Below, in pieces: positions 40,201 through 52,400 of a stretch of DNA of 64,000 nucleotides. The notes under the pieces are model-generated. The model had not been told where the DNA came from. It saw nothing but the letters and a program-made list of their open reading frames with translations, and did not search any database. Within the stretch, counting starts at the first letter, position 1, and every line of letters begins with the position of its first letter. Source of the stretch: an uncultured bacterium (GTDB taxonomy: Bacteria; Verrucomicrobiota; Verrucomicrobiia; Limisphaerales; UBA8199); the NCBI GenBank assembly GCA_963749495.1, contig CAVVMW010000012.1, positions 512,001 to 576,000 of the forward strand, in the 5' to 3' direction. The translations under genes and the position numbers were made by a program.

Positions 40201-41323
40201 GGTCAATGGCGCCGGCGGCAACGCCCAAACGGATGCCGAAGGGCGTTTTGTTTTCAAGAAAGTCGCCCCGGGAACGGTATACGTGTCCGCCTTCATATCC
40301 GGCACCAATCGGGGCCCGTCTCTGGTCGGCACTCTTCGAGCCGAGGCAGGCGACACGAATGTTGTCATCCAGTTAAGCCCCTTTGAGAGCCAGAGTGCCC
40401 GCGCGCGGGTCACGACTGGCACCGTTTTTGGCCCCTCCGGCGCGCCTGCTCCGGGGGTGAGCTTGTCAGTCCTGCCGTCAATGGGCACCGACCTTCCCAT
40501 CAAGAGTGACGCAAACGGAAGATTTACGCTTAAATGGGAAGTGCGGCCCGCAAGGACGGACGGGCTGCCAGCCAAGTCCTGGCTCTTGGGCCGTGATGCG
40601 GCGCACCATCTTGCCTCGATTGTTGAACTCACGGCCTCGACTACGAACCTCGACCTGCGCCTGCGAGCCGCGCTCACCCTCTCCGGTTCCGTGCGCGATA
40701 CAGAAGGCAAGCCAGTGACCAACGCCGTGCTTTACCTCGCCCAATGTCCCGATGGCGCTCAGACACGCTCGTTCCTGGAACGACTCAACACCCTCTTGCT
40801 CCTGGAGCGACTCGACAAGCTCGATGAGCAGGGTTCATTTTCTTTCAGCGCCCTCCCGCAAGGAGTGCGATACAACCTGGGGGTCATCGCCGACGGTTAC
40901 GGCACCGCCGACCAGGATGTGTCGGCATACGATACACGAACCGCGAATCTGCAACTGCCGGCGATTGTTCTCAAAATCGCGAACCTGCAGCTCGCCGGGC
41001 GGGTGATCGGTCTCGACGGCAAGCCATCCTGGGGAGCGCACGTCGCTTTGAGTGTCGATGGCCAACCTCCCAGCATGATGACTCAGACGACGGCCGATGG
41101 GCGCTTCATGTTCAAGCAGGTTTGCGAAGGAGCGGTGGAGGTGCGCGCACAATCCCCTCCCGGCAGTGGCCTGGCCGGAATTGTCGCCGGCACTGTGCAA
41201 GCTCATGCCGGTGACACGAACGTCGTGGTGAAGCTTGTCTCGAGTGACGCCGCTCGTATCCCGAATGCGGACAGGAACGAACCGTCCTCCGCAAAAGGGG
41301 TTCCCGCACCGCAACAGCCTTGA
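37281..41323 (+). pseudogene. Large secreted protein of carboxypeptidase-regulatory-like beta-sandwich repeats, frameshifted
   Basis: Repeated GxVVDxxGxPVAGAxV...TDxxGxF. One base is missing at about 39681-39683, joining ORFs 37227..39722 and 39665..41323. Start uncertain. Confidence 0.75.
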
Positions 41324-41465
41324 TCTTCTCAGTGCTTCAAAGCGATGGACCTGCCGGGAACCGTGCTGTCGGCGTAAGGGAAGCCCGTAACCAACGCCTC
41401 AGCTTTGATTCTCATCGCCCGGCTTCGTTCGGGAGCGGAATCTCTCTCTGACCCTTTGCCTTTCG

Positions 41466-41610
41466 CTACCTCTTCAGGCGGTAATAGCGGGCTGGACCGA
41501 CCACACTGTTGGTGACGATGTTCTGGCTCCCTACGGTCACCGGCGCGGGCCCAGTTGGACTCCATTGTGCCGTTTCCAACTCAGTCGTGGGTTCGAGCGT
41601 GAAGGCGGGG
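41466..41610 (-). pseudogene. Orphan C-terminal tail typical of Verrucomicrobia extracellular proteins
   Basis: FTLEPTTELETAQWSP...NIVTNSVVGPARYYRLKR with no upstream gene body. Confidence 0.5.
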
Positions 41611-41900
41611 TCAAAGGCAGGCGATGGCCATTCCCGGTTGTCCCGACGAGGCAGCCAAGAAAATGCAGGAGCGCCTTGATCTTTACGTGCAGGGCAGGCC
41701 ATACCATGAGGCGCCGCCTAACTGAGTGGAGCGACCTGATTTGCCGGTGCCCACCGTGACGCAGGCGCTGGGTCGGGACTCCTGACCCGGCCGAACCAGC
41801 CTGACCGGCTTCCTGACACCACCACCGCACAACCCAGCGGCCTAAGGCCTCCCACTCCCGGCTTGCCCGCGCGGGGCCGGCATGCAAGCTTTTCTTGGAT

Positions 41901-42596
41901 ATGGGAAAAGCATCGCGTCTGAAGCGGGAGCGGAAGCTTGCCCAGGCGGCAGCTAAGGCCCGCGCCGAAAGAGTTCAGCACTCGGAGCCTGGCAAAGAGT
42001 CCCTGCTGGTCCAAGGTCCGCCTCGCATCGAGAACACAGTTGACAGCCCGGAAATGGCAGAAGCACGGCGTCCAGACCGGGAGCAGGAACTCATCGAGGC
42101 GGCGGATAGCGCCATGGCCGAGCGACTTCGGCGCTCGGACTTGGGCGGAGAATCCGTGTTAGTGAAAGATGTGCCCGGTGTTGAGAAGATGTCCGAAATC
42201 CTGAGCGAGTTCGCGCGGCCGCTCCTCGATATGTGCAAGGCCAAAGAGGATCATGCGAAGATCCTGCGTCTGGCCGCAATCGCCTGGAACACGGCGCTTC
42301 TCCCGGAAGAAGAGCGCGCCGCGTCCCTGCTCGACACGAAATTCACGGACCTCCTGGGGTCGGAGGGGATGCGGCTCATGCAGTACCTCATCCAGCGGAA
42401 GCTGGACTTGTTTGCGGGCAAAACGCGTCCCGTGCACGACATCGAGGTCGTGGACTTGGGTGACCGGTTTTCTTTCAGGGTCGTATCCGGACTGCCGGTG
42501 AATGATCCGAAAGTCGTAAATGTCCTTAAGGCCCAGGGCTTGTTGCCGGAGGAGGGTCCGCGAAGTGAACCAGGGATGGGAAACACCCGGGTCTGA
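41901..42596 (+). CDS. Hypothetical protein
   Basis: MGKASRLKRERK start; KMSEILSEFARPLL...AAIAWN helical region. Confidence 0.7.
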   Translation: MGKASRLKRERKLAQAAAKARAERVQHSEPGKESLLVQGPPRIENTVDSPEMAEARRPDREQELIEAADSAMAERLRRSDLGGESVLVKDVPGVEKMSEILSEFARPLLDMCKAKEDHAKILRLAAIAWNTALLPEEERAASLLDTKFTDLLGSEGMRLMQYLIQRKLDLFAGKTRPVHDIEVVDLGDRFSFRVVSGLPVNDPKVVNVLKAQGLLPEEGPRSEPGMGNTRV

Positions 42597-42796
42597 TGGA
42601 TCAGGGAGCGGTTTCCCCTATAGAGAGCTTGCGGCAACTCTCGGATCAGTGCATATTCTGCGGGTTGGCCGACAATGCATCGGTTCGCGCGTGAACTCGA
42701 CATCCATCAGGAAGCGTAAAATGATCGGTCCGCCACAACATCCTGAGACAGTGTGGCGCCGAACTTCCCGCTTCCGCGGGCGTCGCTAACGGGATC

Positions 42797-45466
42797 ATGA
42801 AGACGAAACCCAAACTGGAACGCCAACAGAAAAAGCCTGCCAAGGCGGCTCGCCACGAGACACCCGCCTCGGCGGGAGGCGTTTCGTTCCCCATCGTCGG
42901 CATCGGCGCCTCCGCCGGAGGACTGGAAGCGTTGGAGCAGTTTCTGGGGCGCGTGCCGGCGGGCAGCGGCATGGCGTTTGTCATTGTCCAGCACCTGGAC
43001 CCGACGCACAAGGGGATCATGCCCGAACTGCTTCAACGCGCCACCGGCATGAAAGTCATTCAGGTCAAGGATCGCACCAAAGTGCGGCCGGATTGCGTCT
43101 ATGTGATACCGCCCAACAAGGACATGTCCATCCTGCACGGGGTCCTGCACTTGCTGGAGCCGTCGGCGCCGCGGGGGCTGCGCCTGCCGATCGATTTTTT
43201 CCTGCGTTCCCTGGCGCTGGACCAGCAGGAGCGCAGCATCGGCGTGATTCTGTCCGGGATGGGCTCCGACGGCACGCTGGGCCTGCGCGCCATCAAGGAA
43301 AAGGCGGGCGTGGTGCTGGTGCAGGAGCCGGGGACGGCCAAGTTCGATGGCATGCCGCGCAGCGCGATAGACGCAGGGCTGGCGGATATCGTGGCTCCGG
43401 TGGACGAGTTGCCGGGGAAGATCCTCACGTATCTCCAGCGCACCCCGCTGATTGCCCGAACGGAAGTGGACCTGGAACATAAAATGCAGAGCGGCCTGGA
43501 AAAGGCGGTCATCCTGCTGCGCGCACACACCGGCCACGACTTTTCCCTCCATAAGAGGAACACCCTCTACCGCCGGATCGAGCGTCGCATGGGCATCCAC
43601 CAGATCTCCAAGATGGCCGCCTACGTCCGCTATTTGCAGGAGAACTCGCAGGAGCTGGATCTGCTCTTCAAGGAGTTGTTGATCGGGGTGACGAGTTTCT
43701 TCCGCGACCCGGCCGCCTGGGAGCAGTTGCGCGCCCAGGCCATTCCGGCGCTCCTCGCCAACCGGCCGCCCGGCCAGGCCCTGCGGGCGTGGGTGCCCGG
43801 CTGCTCCACCGGGGAGGAGGCCTATTCCCTTGCCGCCGTGCTCAAGGAGGCGGTCGAGGAGATTAAGCCCAAGGGGCAATTCACGGTTCAAGTCTTCGCC
43901 ACCGACCTGGACCGGGACGCGATTGACAAGGCGCGGCAGGGCCTCTTTCCGGCCAATATTGCGGCTGACGTGTCGCCGCAGCGGCTGGGCCGGTTCTTCG
44001 CCAAAGAACAACGCGGCTACGCGGTGCGCAAGGAGATTCGCGAGATGGTCATTTTTGCGCCGCAGAATCTCATCATGGACCCACCCTTTACCAAGCTGGA
44101 CATCTTGAGCTGCCGCAACCTGCTCATCTACCTGACCCCGGAGGTGCAGAAAAAACTCATTCCGCTGTTTCATTACAGCCTCAATCCCGGCGGCATTTTG
44201 TTTCTTGGCAGCGCGGAGACGATTGGCGGCGCCACTGACCTGTTTGTCCCGCTCAGCGGCAAATCAAGGCTCTTTCGGCGGACGGAGTTTGGTCTCCGGC
44301 CGGAATCGGTGGAGTTTCCCCCGTCCTTTGGCGCCGGTCCGCCCGGCGGGCCGGAGGCACGTCAGGCGCCCAAAACGCCGGTCAGTGTCCAGTCGCTGGC
44401 CGATCAATTGGTCCTGCAGCGTTACGCCCCGCCGGCCGTGCTCGTCAATGACAAGGGCGATATCTTCTACATCAGCGGCCGGACCGGCAAGTACCTGGAA
44501 CCGGCCGCCGGCAAGGCCAACTGGAACCTCTTTGCCATGGCCCGCGAGGGCCTGCGCTACGAACTGGCCGGCGCCTTCCAGAAAGCGCTCCGGCGAAAAG
44601 GAAGCGTGATGCTCCACGGACTCAAAATCGAGACCAACGGCGGCGAGCAGTTTGTGGATCTGACCGTTCAGCGACTTGAAGAACCCGGGCCGCTGGAGGG
44701 GTTGGTGATGATCGTTTTCACCGACGTGGCCGCGACCGAGGCCGCCAAAGCGCCAGTCCGGCCGCCCCAGGCTCACGTCCGTAACGCGCGGCTGGCGCAA
44801 TTGGAGCAGGAACTCCTGCAGGTCCGCGCCGAGGCGCGGGCCACCCACGAAGAGATGCAGACCTCGCAGGAGGAACTCCGGTCCGCCAACGAGGAACTGC
44901 AATCCACCAATGAAGAGCTCCAGTCCACCAACGAGGAACTCACCACCTCCAGGGAGGAAATGCAATCGCTGAACGAGGAACTCCAGACGCTCAACGCCGA
45001 GTTATCGGCCAAGGTGGAGGAGCTTTCCCGGTCGAGCAACGACATGAGGAACCTGCTGGACAGCACGGACATCGCCACCCTGTTTTTGGACAAGGATCTC
45101 AACGTGCGGCGGTTCACCACCCAGGCGACGAACATCGTCAAACTCATCCCGGGCGATGTGGGCCGGCCCATCACCGACCTGGTTTCGGACCTGATGCACC
45201 CGACGCTGGCGGCCGACGCGCGCGAGGTGCTGCGGACGTTGACCGCGACGGAGAGACCGGCGGCGACGCGGGACGGCCGCTGGTTTACCGTGCGCATCAT
45301 GCCCTATCGCACGATGGACGACCGGATCGACGGCGTGGTGATCACCTTCACGGACATCACTGTGGCCAAGACGCTGGAGGCGAGGTTGCGGGCGAAACAG
45401 ATTGGTTTGGAGAAGCGGATCGCGGGCCAATTCGCAAAATTGGACCCGCGGGCGGGAGGGAAGTGA
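42797..45466 (+). CDS. CheB methylesterase / CheR methyltransferase fusion with coiled coil and PAS
   Basis: GASAGG, VQH, SGMGSDG; VTSFFRD, GCSTGEE, SCRNLLIY; EELQSTNEEL repeats. Confidence 0.95.
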   Translation: MKTKPKLERQQKKPAKAARHETPASAGGVSFPIVGIGASAGGLEALEQFLGRVPAGSGMAFVIVQHLDPTHKGIMPELLQRATGMKVIQVKDRTKVRPDCVYVIPPNKDMSILHGVLHLLEPSAPRGLRLPIDFFLRSLALDQQERSIGVILSGMGSDGTLGLRAIKEKAGVVLVQEPGTAKFDGMPRSAIDAGLADIVAPVDELPGKILTYLQRTPLIARTEVDLEHKMQSGLEKAVILLRAHTGHDFSLHKRNTLYRRIERRMGIHQISKMAAYVRYLQENSQELDLLFKELLIGVTSFFRDPAAWEQLRAQAIPALLANRPPGQALRAWVPGCSTGEEAYSLAAVLKEAVEEIKPKGQFTVQVFATDLDRDAIDKARQGLFPANIAADVSPQRLGRFFAKEQRGYAVRKEIREMVIFAPQNLIMDPPFTKLDILSCRNLLIYLTPEVQKKLIPLFHYSLNPGGILFLGSAETIGGATDLFVPLSGKSRLFRRTEFGLRPESVEFPPSFGAGPPGGPEARQAPKTPVSVQSLADQLVLQRYAPPAVLVNDKGDIFYISGRTGKYLEPAAGKANWNLFAMAREGLRYELAGAFQKALRRKGSVMLHGLKIETNGGEQFVDLTVQRLEEPGPLEGLVMIVFTDVAATEAAKAPVRPPQAHVRNARLAQLEQELLQVRAEARATHEEMQTSQEELRSANEELQSTNEELQSTNEELTTSREEMQSLNEELQTLNAELSAKVEELSRSSNDMRNLLDSTDIATLFLDKDLNVRRFTTQATNIVKLIPGDVGRPITDLVSDLMHPTLAADAREVLRTLTATERPAATRDGRWFTVRIMPYRTMDDRIDGVVITFTDITVAKTLEARLRAKQIGLEKRIAGQFAKLDPRAGGK

Positions 45467-45585
45467 GCGGTTATTAGCAACCAGTAACCAGTGAACAGTG
45501 AATGGCAAGCAGGGGCTGAAAACGCGAAAAAGAGCGACACGATGAGCCAATTGCAGCACGCGCGCAACTCCGGGGACTTGATCAC

Positions 45586-46878
45586 ATGCAAAAGAAACCG
45601 AAACTCTCACCCGCGGCCGCCGCACTGCGCCGTCGCGCCGAGGAGCACCTGAGGGAGCAGCGCCCGGAGACGGGTCCGGCCCCAACCGAAGCCGACACGC
45701 AGCGCTTGGTCCACGAATTGCAGGTCCACCAGATCGAGCTGGAGATGCAGAACGAGGAACTCCAGCAGGCCCGGAACGAGATGGAGGCGTGGCTGGAAAA
45801 ATACAGCGACCTCTACGATTTCGCCCCGGTGGGTTATTTGACCCTCGATCGCGAGGGGACTATTGTCGAGGCCAATCTCACCAGTGCCGCCTTGTTGGGG
45901 AACGAGCGATCCCGGCTGGTCAAGCGGCGCTTCGGGCTTTGGGTTTCCGCGGCCGACCTGCCGGCTTTCAATGCCTTCCTCACGCGGGTATTCGAGAGCA
46001 CGGCCAGGGAGTTCTGCGAAGTGACGCTTCTGAGGGAAGCAAAGCCAGCGGTCGAGGTGCGGATCGAGGCGGCGGTTGCGGCGTCGGGGCGGGAGTGTCG
46101 TGCGGCTCTGATGGATATCACCGAGCGCAAGCGGGCCGAGGAGGATCGTCTCATTCTGAGCAAGCTGGAGTCCACAGGGATTCTGGCGGGGGGCATTGCC
46201 CATGATTTCAATAATCTGCTGATGGGGATCCTCCTCAACCTCGAACTGGCCCAGACGCTCACCCCTCCCGGCGAGGAGCTGGCACACCTTTTGGAGCAGG
46301 CGAACGAGGCCGCCTTGATGGCCCGCGACTTGACGCGGCAGCTCATCACTTTTGCCGATGGCGGGGCACCGATCCGGAAGCCGACCCGCCTCTCCGGGGT
46401 GATTCAGGAATCCGCCCGCCTTGCTTTGCTCGGTTCACCGGTGCGCTGCGATTTCTCCCTGGCTGATGATCTCCGTCCGGCGGAGGTGGACGCCGGGCAG
46501 ATCGGACAGGTGATACGGAACCTGGTCCTGAATGCGCGGGAAGCGATGTCCCAGGGAGGAGTGATCTCCATCCGGGCGGAGAATGTGGTGCTCGGGCCCC
46601 ATCAAAATCCTTCCCTGCCGCCGGGTGATTACGTTCGGGTGAGCATTGCCGACCGGGGCGTGGGCATGTCGAAGGAGGTGCTGGCGAGGATCTTTGATCC
46701 TTATTTCTCGATGAAGCAGCGGGGGAATCAAAAGGGCATGGGTCTGGGGCTGACAATCTGCCATACGCTCATTCAGAAGCATGGAGGAGCGATTGCCGTG
46801 GAGTCAGAGGCGGGGGTGGGAACCACCTTCCACATCCACCTCCCCGCTTCCCGTGGCCAGAGAGCAGTGTCCGGGTAG
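45586..46878 (+). CDS. PAS-domain sensor histidine kinase
   Basis: ELQVHQIELEMQNEEL, AHDFNN (H box), NAREA, DRGVG, GLGL. Confidence 0.93.
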   Translation: MQKKPKLSPAAAALRRRAEEHLREQRPETGPAPTEADTQRLVHELQVHQIELEMQNEELQQARNEMEAWLEKYSDLYDFAPVGYLTLDREGTIVEANLTSAALLGNERSRLVKRRFGLWVSAADLPAFNAFLTRVFESTAREFCEVTLLREAKPAVEVRIEAAVAASGRECRAALMDITERKRAEEDRLILSKLESTGILAGGIAHDFNNLLMGILLNLELAQTLTPPGEELAHLLEQANEAALMARDLTRQLITFADGGAPIRKPTRLSGVIQESARLALLGSPVRCDFSLADDLRPAEVDAGQIGQVIRNLVLNAREAMSQGGVISIRAENVVLGPHQNPSLPPGDYVRVSIADRGVGMSKEVLARIFDPYFSMKQRGNQKGMGLGLTICHTLIQKHGGAIAVESEAGVGTTFHIHLPASRGQRAVSG

Positions 46879-47085
46879 CCATCCGATAGGGGGGCGGGGA
46901 ATGGGCTTTGGTTGGCGGCGTCAAACTGCTCGTGCTATAGCAGCAATACATTCATCGTCTTTTCCGATCCCAGATCTGCTGGAAATCCGCGCCGGTGCTG
47001 CGGGGTGCTCACCCGATCGGGAGCGGCATCACCCATCACCTGGAGGAGCTGCTGCCTTGGCGCAGTGAGGCATTTCGCGGGCCGA

Positions 47086-48654
47086 TCATTCCTGGCTGAC
47101 GCGTGCCGGCAGCCGGCGGGCCGCGAGAACTGTTTGGCGGTCCGGCTCCTCGCGTCCGGCATCCATCATCCGGGCGGGGAGTTCGGGCTTCCGGGTCAAA
47201 GTTCGTCGGCGGAACGGACTGCTCAGCAATTTGACAATATCCGAGGTCTTCATGTGGCGGCCGAAGGTGCGCAGAAGTCTCAGGGTTCGGAGCGGGCGCT
47301 TGAGAATCCGGTGGAGGAAAAGCAAGCCATAACCTTTTGCCCGGAGTCGATTCACCACCGCGCTGGGCAGAGTAGTGGGGTCGATGTCCGAGCACTTGAA
47401 CCACTTGTGCCAGTCCCGCTCGTCGTCAATGATCCCGCGCGCGACATATTCTTGCCAGAGCGGCGTCCCGCGATAGACGCACAACCGATTGAAACCGAAC
47501 GTATCCAACTCCAAACGCGCGGCGAAGCGGAAACTCTCCAGAATGTCCGCTTCGGTTTCATCGGGCGAGCCGACGAGGAAGAACCCGTGGACCCTGGCGA
47601 TGCCCTGCCGTTTCGCTTCCCTGACCGCGTGCTCCACCTGCGCGGGGGTCTGCTTCTTGTGGAGCCGATTCAGCACCTTTTGCGTCCCCGCCTCCACGCC
47701 AAACGCCAGGAAATTGCAGCCGGCCCGGCACATCACCGGCAGTTGCTCAATTCCGACCGAATCCGCCCGGCCTTCGCAGCCCCAGTGAAACTCCAGTTTG
47801 CGTTCGATGATGCCGCGGCAGATTCCGTCAATTCGCTTGCGGTTGATCAGGAAGTGGTCATCGGTAAAGTAAATCGAGCGATAGCCCAGATCATTGAGTT
47901 CCTGCAACTCGCCCAGGACATGTTCCGGCGAACGGCTGCGCCACCGGCCCTGGCCCAGGGAGGGGATATCGCAATAGCTGCACGAGTAGGGGCAGCCGCG
48001 CGACGTTTGCACCGTGCAAAACTTGTCCAGCGAAAGGACCGCGGGGACATCCAACGGCAAGGACTCGATGTAGTCGATCGGCAGACTGGTCCGGTCCGGA
48101 TACGGGAACCGGTCCAGGTCCCGCAGGAGTGGACGCGGGGTGTTCTCAACCGTTTTCGCGCCGTCACGCCAGACCAGGCCCGCCACGGCCCCCGGACTGT
48201 CGAGGTGGTCCAGGTAATCCGGCAGCAGTTCCTCGCCTTCGCCCACCCCCACGCAATCAATGTCAGAGCAGTCCCCCAAAATCCGGTCCGCATTCAAGGT
48301 GGCGAACGCGCCGCCGGCGATGATGGGTATCTGCGCGGCCTCGGCCTTGAGCCGCCGGGCCATGCTCTTGACTGCCGGGTACGTGGTCGTCGAGAGGAAC
48401 GAGAGGGCAATCACGCCGGGTCGTTCCCGCGCCACCGCTTGCGCGACGTGCTCCGCCTTCATCTGAGGATGGCAGGTGTCAAACATCCACACCTGGTGTC
48501 CTCGTTGGCGCAGCACCGGCGCGAGGGTCTGAATCCCCAGCGGCGGAAACGCCATCACCTTGACCCGCCCATTGCCGGACTTGGCCTGATCCAGTTCCCG
48601 GGGAAGCACCCGGCAGAAGTTGTCGTCGCCGACATGAACCAGGAACGTCTTCAT
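47086..48654 (-). CDS. B12-binding radical SAM protein
   Basis: PPLG, GGAFAT, GEGE, SRGCPYSCSYC, GVEAG. Confidence 0.92.
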   Translation of the reverse strand: MKTFLVHVGDDNFCRVLPRELDQAKSGNGRVKVMAFPPLGIQTLAPVLRQRGHQVWMFDTCHPQMKAEHVAQAVARERPGVIALSFLSTTTYPAVKSMARRLKAEAAQIPIIAGGAFATLNADRILGDCSDIDCVGVGEGEELLPDYLDHLDSPGAVAGLVWRDGAKTVENTPRPLLRDLDRFPYPDRTSLPIDYIESLPLDVPAVLSLDKFCTVQTSRGCPYSCSYCDIPSLGQGRWRSRSPEHVLGELQELNDLGYRSIYFTDDHFLINRKRIDGICRGIIERKLEFHWGCEGRADSVGIEQLPVMCRAGCNFLAFGVEAGTQKVLNRLHKKQTPAQVEHAVREAKRQGIARVHGFFLVGSPDETEADILESFRFAARLELDTFGFNRLCVYRGTPLWQEYVARGIIDDERDWHKWFKCSDIDPTTLPSAVVNRLRAKGYGLLFLHRILKRPLRTLRLLRTFGRHMKTSDIVKLLSSPFRRRTLTRKPELPARMMDAGREEPDRQTVLAARRLPARVSQE

Positions 48655-49412
48655 GAGGCGAATGCCGCTCCGTGGAAATGCGATTTCGTGTTCATAATTC
48701 GACGCGCTGCATCATGTCATCGATGCGGGCGCGATACTACACGAAAAACCTGACCAGGCGCCATCGGGGATTTACCCCATGTCGGATCTCATTGATGGGC
48801 TCTCGCAAGAGGTTGAATCGGTTGCGGGAGGAATGCCGCCAGTTGGTCACCAGACTCGTGGAGCCGCGCTTGGGCGAGCCCCACATCGCAACGTTGCCAG
48901 GCAGCCATCGAGGATCTGACGACCGTGAAGCTCTCCAAGGCGCAACGGAAATCAGTGCTTGACCCCTCCTGCCGAAAGATTGTGCTTGTCCCGACCGCCC
49001 AGCGGCCCATAATGCAGCTCATTCACTCTGAATCTGCGTATGGAAAGCAAACGCTCGAATCCGTGGCCGCTCGAGCCTGGCTCACTCGCCGCACTGGTGC
49101 CGACGAGATGGTTTGCCGATCAGAAATACCAGGATGCGCTGAGCACTTTGAACCAGCTTGCCAGCCCGAAACTGACCGCGGACCAGTAGAAGCTGGTGTC
49201 GGCCATCAAATACAAGTTCTGACCCCGAAACACGCGGGCACGAGACAAGCTAGGGTACATCTATGAGTGGAGCAACGGGCGAATTGGCGATCCGAAGTCG
49301 GTCCGGGTTGAAAAGGCGCCGCCTGCCGCCCGGGCGCCGACCGGTGCTCGGGCCAGCCCTCCTTGACAACTAAGCCCGTGGATACGGCAGCCAAGGCACT
49401 CAGCTCGGTGCT

Positions 49413-52400
49413 ATGAACTTTCCAGGTTTATCCGCCTTCAAACGATCGCGTTGGTTCAAACGCGTCGTTTGGGCAGCGGCGGCGTTCCTGGTCTATACAC
49501 TCCTTGGCTTTTTCGCGCTGCCGCCGGTTATCAAGTGGCAAATGCTCAAGCGGTTGCCGGCTATCACCAAACGCCAGGTCGCTGTCCGCCAGGTGAAGTT
49601 CAATCCGCTCGCCCTGTCCCTCACGATTCGTGGCCTGGCGCTTACTGAGCCGGATGGCCGCCCCTTTGTGTCCTGGGACGAACTCTACATCAACTTCCAA
49701 AGTTCCTCGCTGTTTCGATGGGCCTGGACGTTCAAAGAAATCCGGCTCGTCAAACCCTTCGGCGAGGCAATATTGTTCAAAGACGGACGACTGAATTTTG
49801 CCAACATGTTCGAGTCGCCCACGAATGCTGCTCCCCCGCCCCCACCGCATAAGGCCGGCATCCCTCGGGTAAACATCTTTCACCTCCAGATCACCAACGG
49901 ATTTGTCGCGCTCGAAGACCAGACCCGGCGTTCTCCTTTCCGCACCCAGTATCGGCCGATCAACCTGGAGTTGACTCGGTTCACCACCCGCCCAAACTCG
50001 GACGCCCCGTATTCGTTCCGGGCCGAAAGTGATGCCGGTCGCAGCGTCACCTGGGCCGGCAACCTGACGGTTCAACCACTCCGCTCGCGGGGTCACCTCG
50101 AGGTCACGGGCGTGAAACTCAACCGTTACCAGCCGTATCTGGAGGATTTTACAAGGGCACTGCTCACGAATGGCCTGGCCGACCTCCAACTCGACTACTG
50201 TTTCGAGGCGGGCACCAACGGCATGGACCTCGTGGTCACGAACGGCACCGTTCACGTGGAACAGGTGCAACTCCAAGACCCCAACACCGGCGAAACGGTG
50301 GCCGGCCTGCGGGGCTTTGACGTGCAACAAGGCGAACTGAACTGGCGCGAACGCACGGCGCGACTGGGCGGGGTGAAGGTCTCCGAGGCGACACTCCTTG
50401 CCCGGCTGCAGAAGAACGGGCGCCTGAACCTGCTCGAGCTCCTGACGCTGGCTTCTCCCTCCACCAACGCCCCCTTTCCCGCGACCAACCCGCCTGCCTC
50501 CTCGGCCACCGAGCTGCCACCCTGGACTCTGAGCGTCGATGACTTCGCCATCCAGGACACCGGCGTAACTCTCGAGGACCTGACCCGCCGGACGCCGTTC
50601 CGCACCAAGCTCAAGCCCCTCACGGTGAGCCTAAAACGATTCACAACGAAAGCGGATGCCGACGCCGCTTACTCGTTCCATATCGCCACCGAGGCGGCAG
50701 AAACCGTCGAGGGCGCCGGAATGGTCTCCATCAATCCCGTGCGTTCCGCCGGGGAACTGAGGGTGAGGGCGGTGGACGTGAGGAAATACCTGCCCTACGC
50801 GGAAGATCTTTTTCGGGGCCAAATCACGACCGGCAAACTGGCGATGACGGTGCCCTATCATTTTGCCCTCGTTACCAACGAGCTTCGCGCCGAAGTATCC
50901 AATCTGGCTTTCCAGCTTGTCGACCTCGGAATCAGGGCGCCCGGAGCCGACGAGACTGTTGTGCACATCGCTGAGTTTGGGCTGGCACAGGTTGACGCCA
51001 GCCTGGAGGAGCGGCGCGCGCGCGTCGGCCTGCTGAAGGCCAGCGGCGGCTCCCTCCTCGCCCGGCGCGAGCAGGACGGCTCGCTCAACCTGCTGGGTTT
51101 GCTCGCCCCCGGCCGCACAAACGACACCAGCGGCGGCACTCCCGCCCCGGTGGTCGCCCAAACCAACGGCTGGACCGTCAGTATCGATGAAATCGCGCTG
51201 AGCGATTACACCGTCAAATTCGAGGATCGCTCTCTTCCGAAACCAGCCAGTGTCCTGCTGGACCAACTCACGCTCAACCTCAAGGGCCTGAGCACGCTCA
51301 GCAACCCGCCCGTAAACGCCGCCCTTTCCGGCCGCCTGAATGAAACGGCCGCGTTCGACGTGGAAGGCCTGGCGCGGCTCGCGCCGCAGTCAGCGGATTT
51401 CACGCTGGGACTCACCAATCTTGACCTCCGTCCCTTTCAGTCCTGGCTCGACCAGTACCTGCGGGTGGGCATTGTCCGCGGCGCGCTCGGTGCCTACGGC
51501 CACCTCCGTTATCAGCCGGCTGCAACCGTCGAGCCGCACGTTGGGTTCACAGGTGATTTGTGGCTGACCAACTTCCTGGGCACCGACGAGGTCGCGTTCA
51601 AAGAGCTGGCGCGCTGGGAGCAACTGGCGGTGACGGGCATCGATTGCAGCCTGGAGCCCACCCGGGTTAAAGTCGCGGAAGTGCATTGGGTCGCCCCGAA
51701 AACGACGCTGCTCATCGACGCGGCCCACCAGGCGAACCTGGCGCTCATCCTCAGACCGGCCGCAGGCTCGGCGACCAACGCCGCCCCGCAACCCGCCCAG
51801 GGCGCGGTTTCCCGCCAACCCGGCGCCCAGACCGTCCCGGTCCAGGCCGGCCTGGTCCGCCTCGACCGGGCCGCTTTCGGCTTCATCGATGAGTCAATCC
51901 AGCCCCACGTCAGCGTCGGCATCCAGGAACTCAGCGGCACAATCAAGGGGCTTTCCTCCGCGTTGAATGCGACGGCCGAGGTTGACCTCGCCGGCAAGGT
52001 GGGCGAGCAATCGCCCTTCAGCATTGCGGGGCGGGTCAATCCGCTGGCCTCGAACATCTTCGTCGATCTGGTCATTTCCAATGCCAATACTGAACTCACG
52101 CCGCTGACGCCCTACTTCGAGAAATATGCTGGTCACCCCCTCAACAAGGGCCGGCTCACGACGCTTTTGCGCTATCATGTCGAGGGCAAGGAGCTCAAAG
52201 CGGAGAACAAGATCGACCTCGAGCACCTGACCCTTGGCCCGCGCAACAAAAGTCCCGACGCAACCAGCCTCCCCGTAAAGCTGGCGGTGGCCCTGCTCAA
52301 AGACAGCAACGGGCGCATCGAGCTTGATCTGCCGCTCCACGGCCGGCTTGATGACCCGCAGTTCAGCCTCGGTCCCGTCATTCTCAAAGTCCTTGTCAAC

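Noticed and set aside
44860..45000. Tandem DNA repeat in cheBR
   Set aside because: It encodes the standard EELQSTN coiled-coil heptads of this family.
48660..49410. ncRNA or riboswitch in the long intergenic region
   Set aside because: No recognisable conserved motif; a covariance-model search would be needed.
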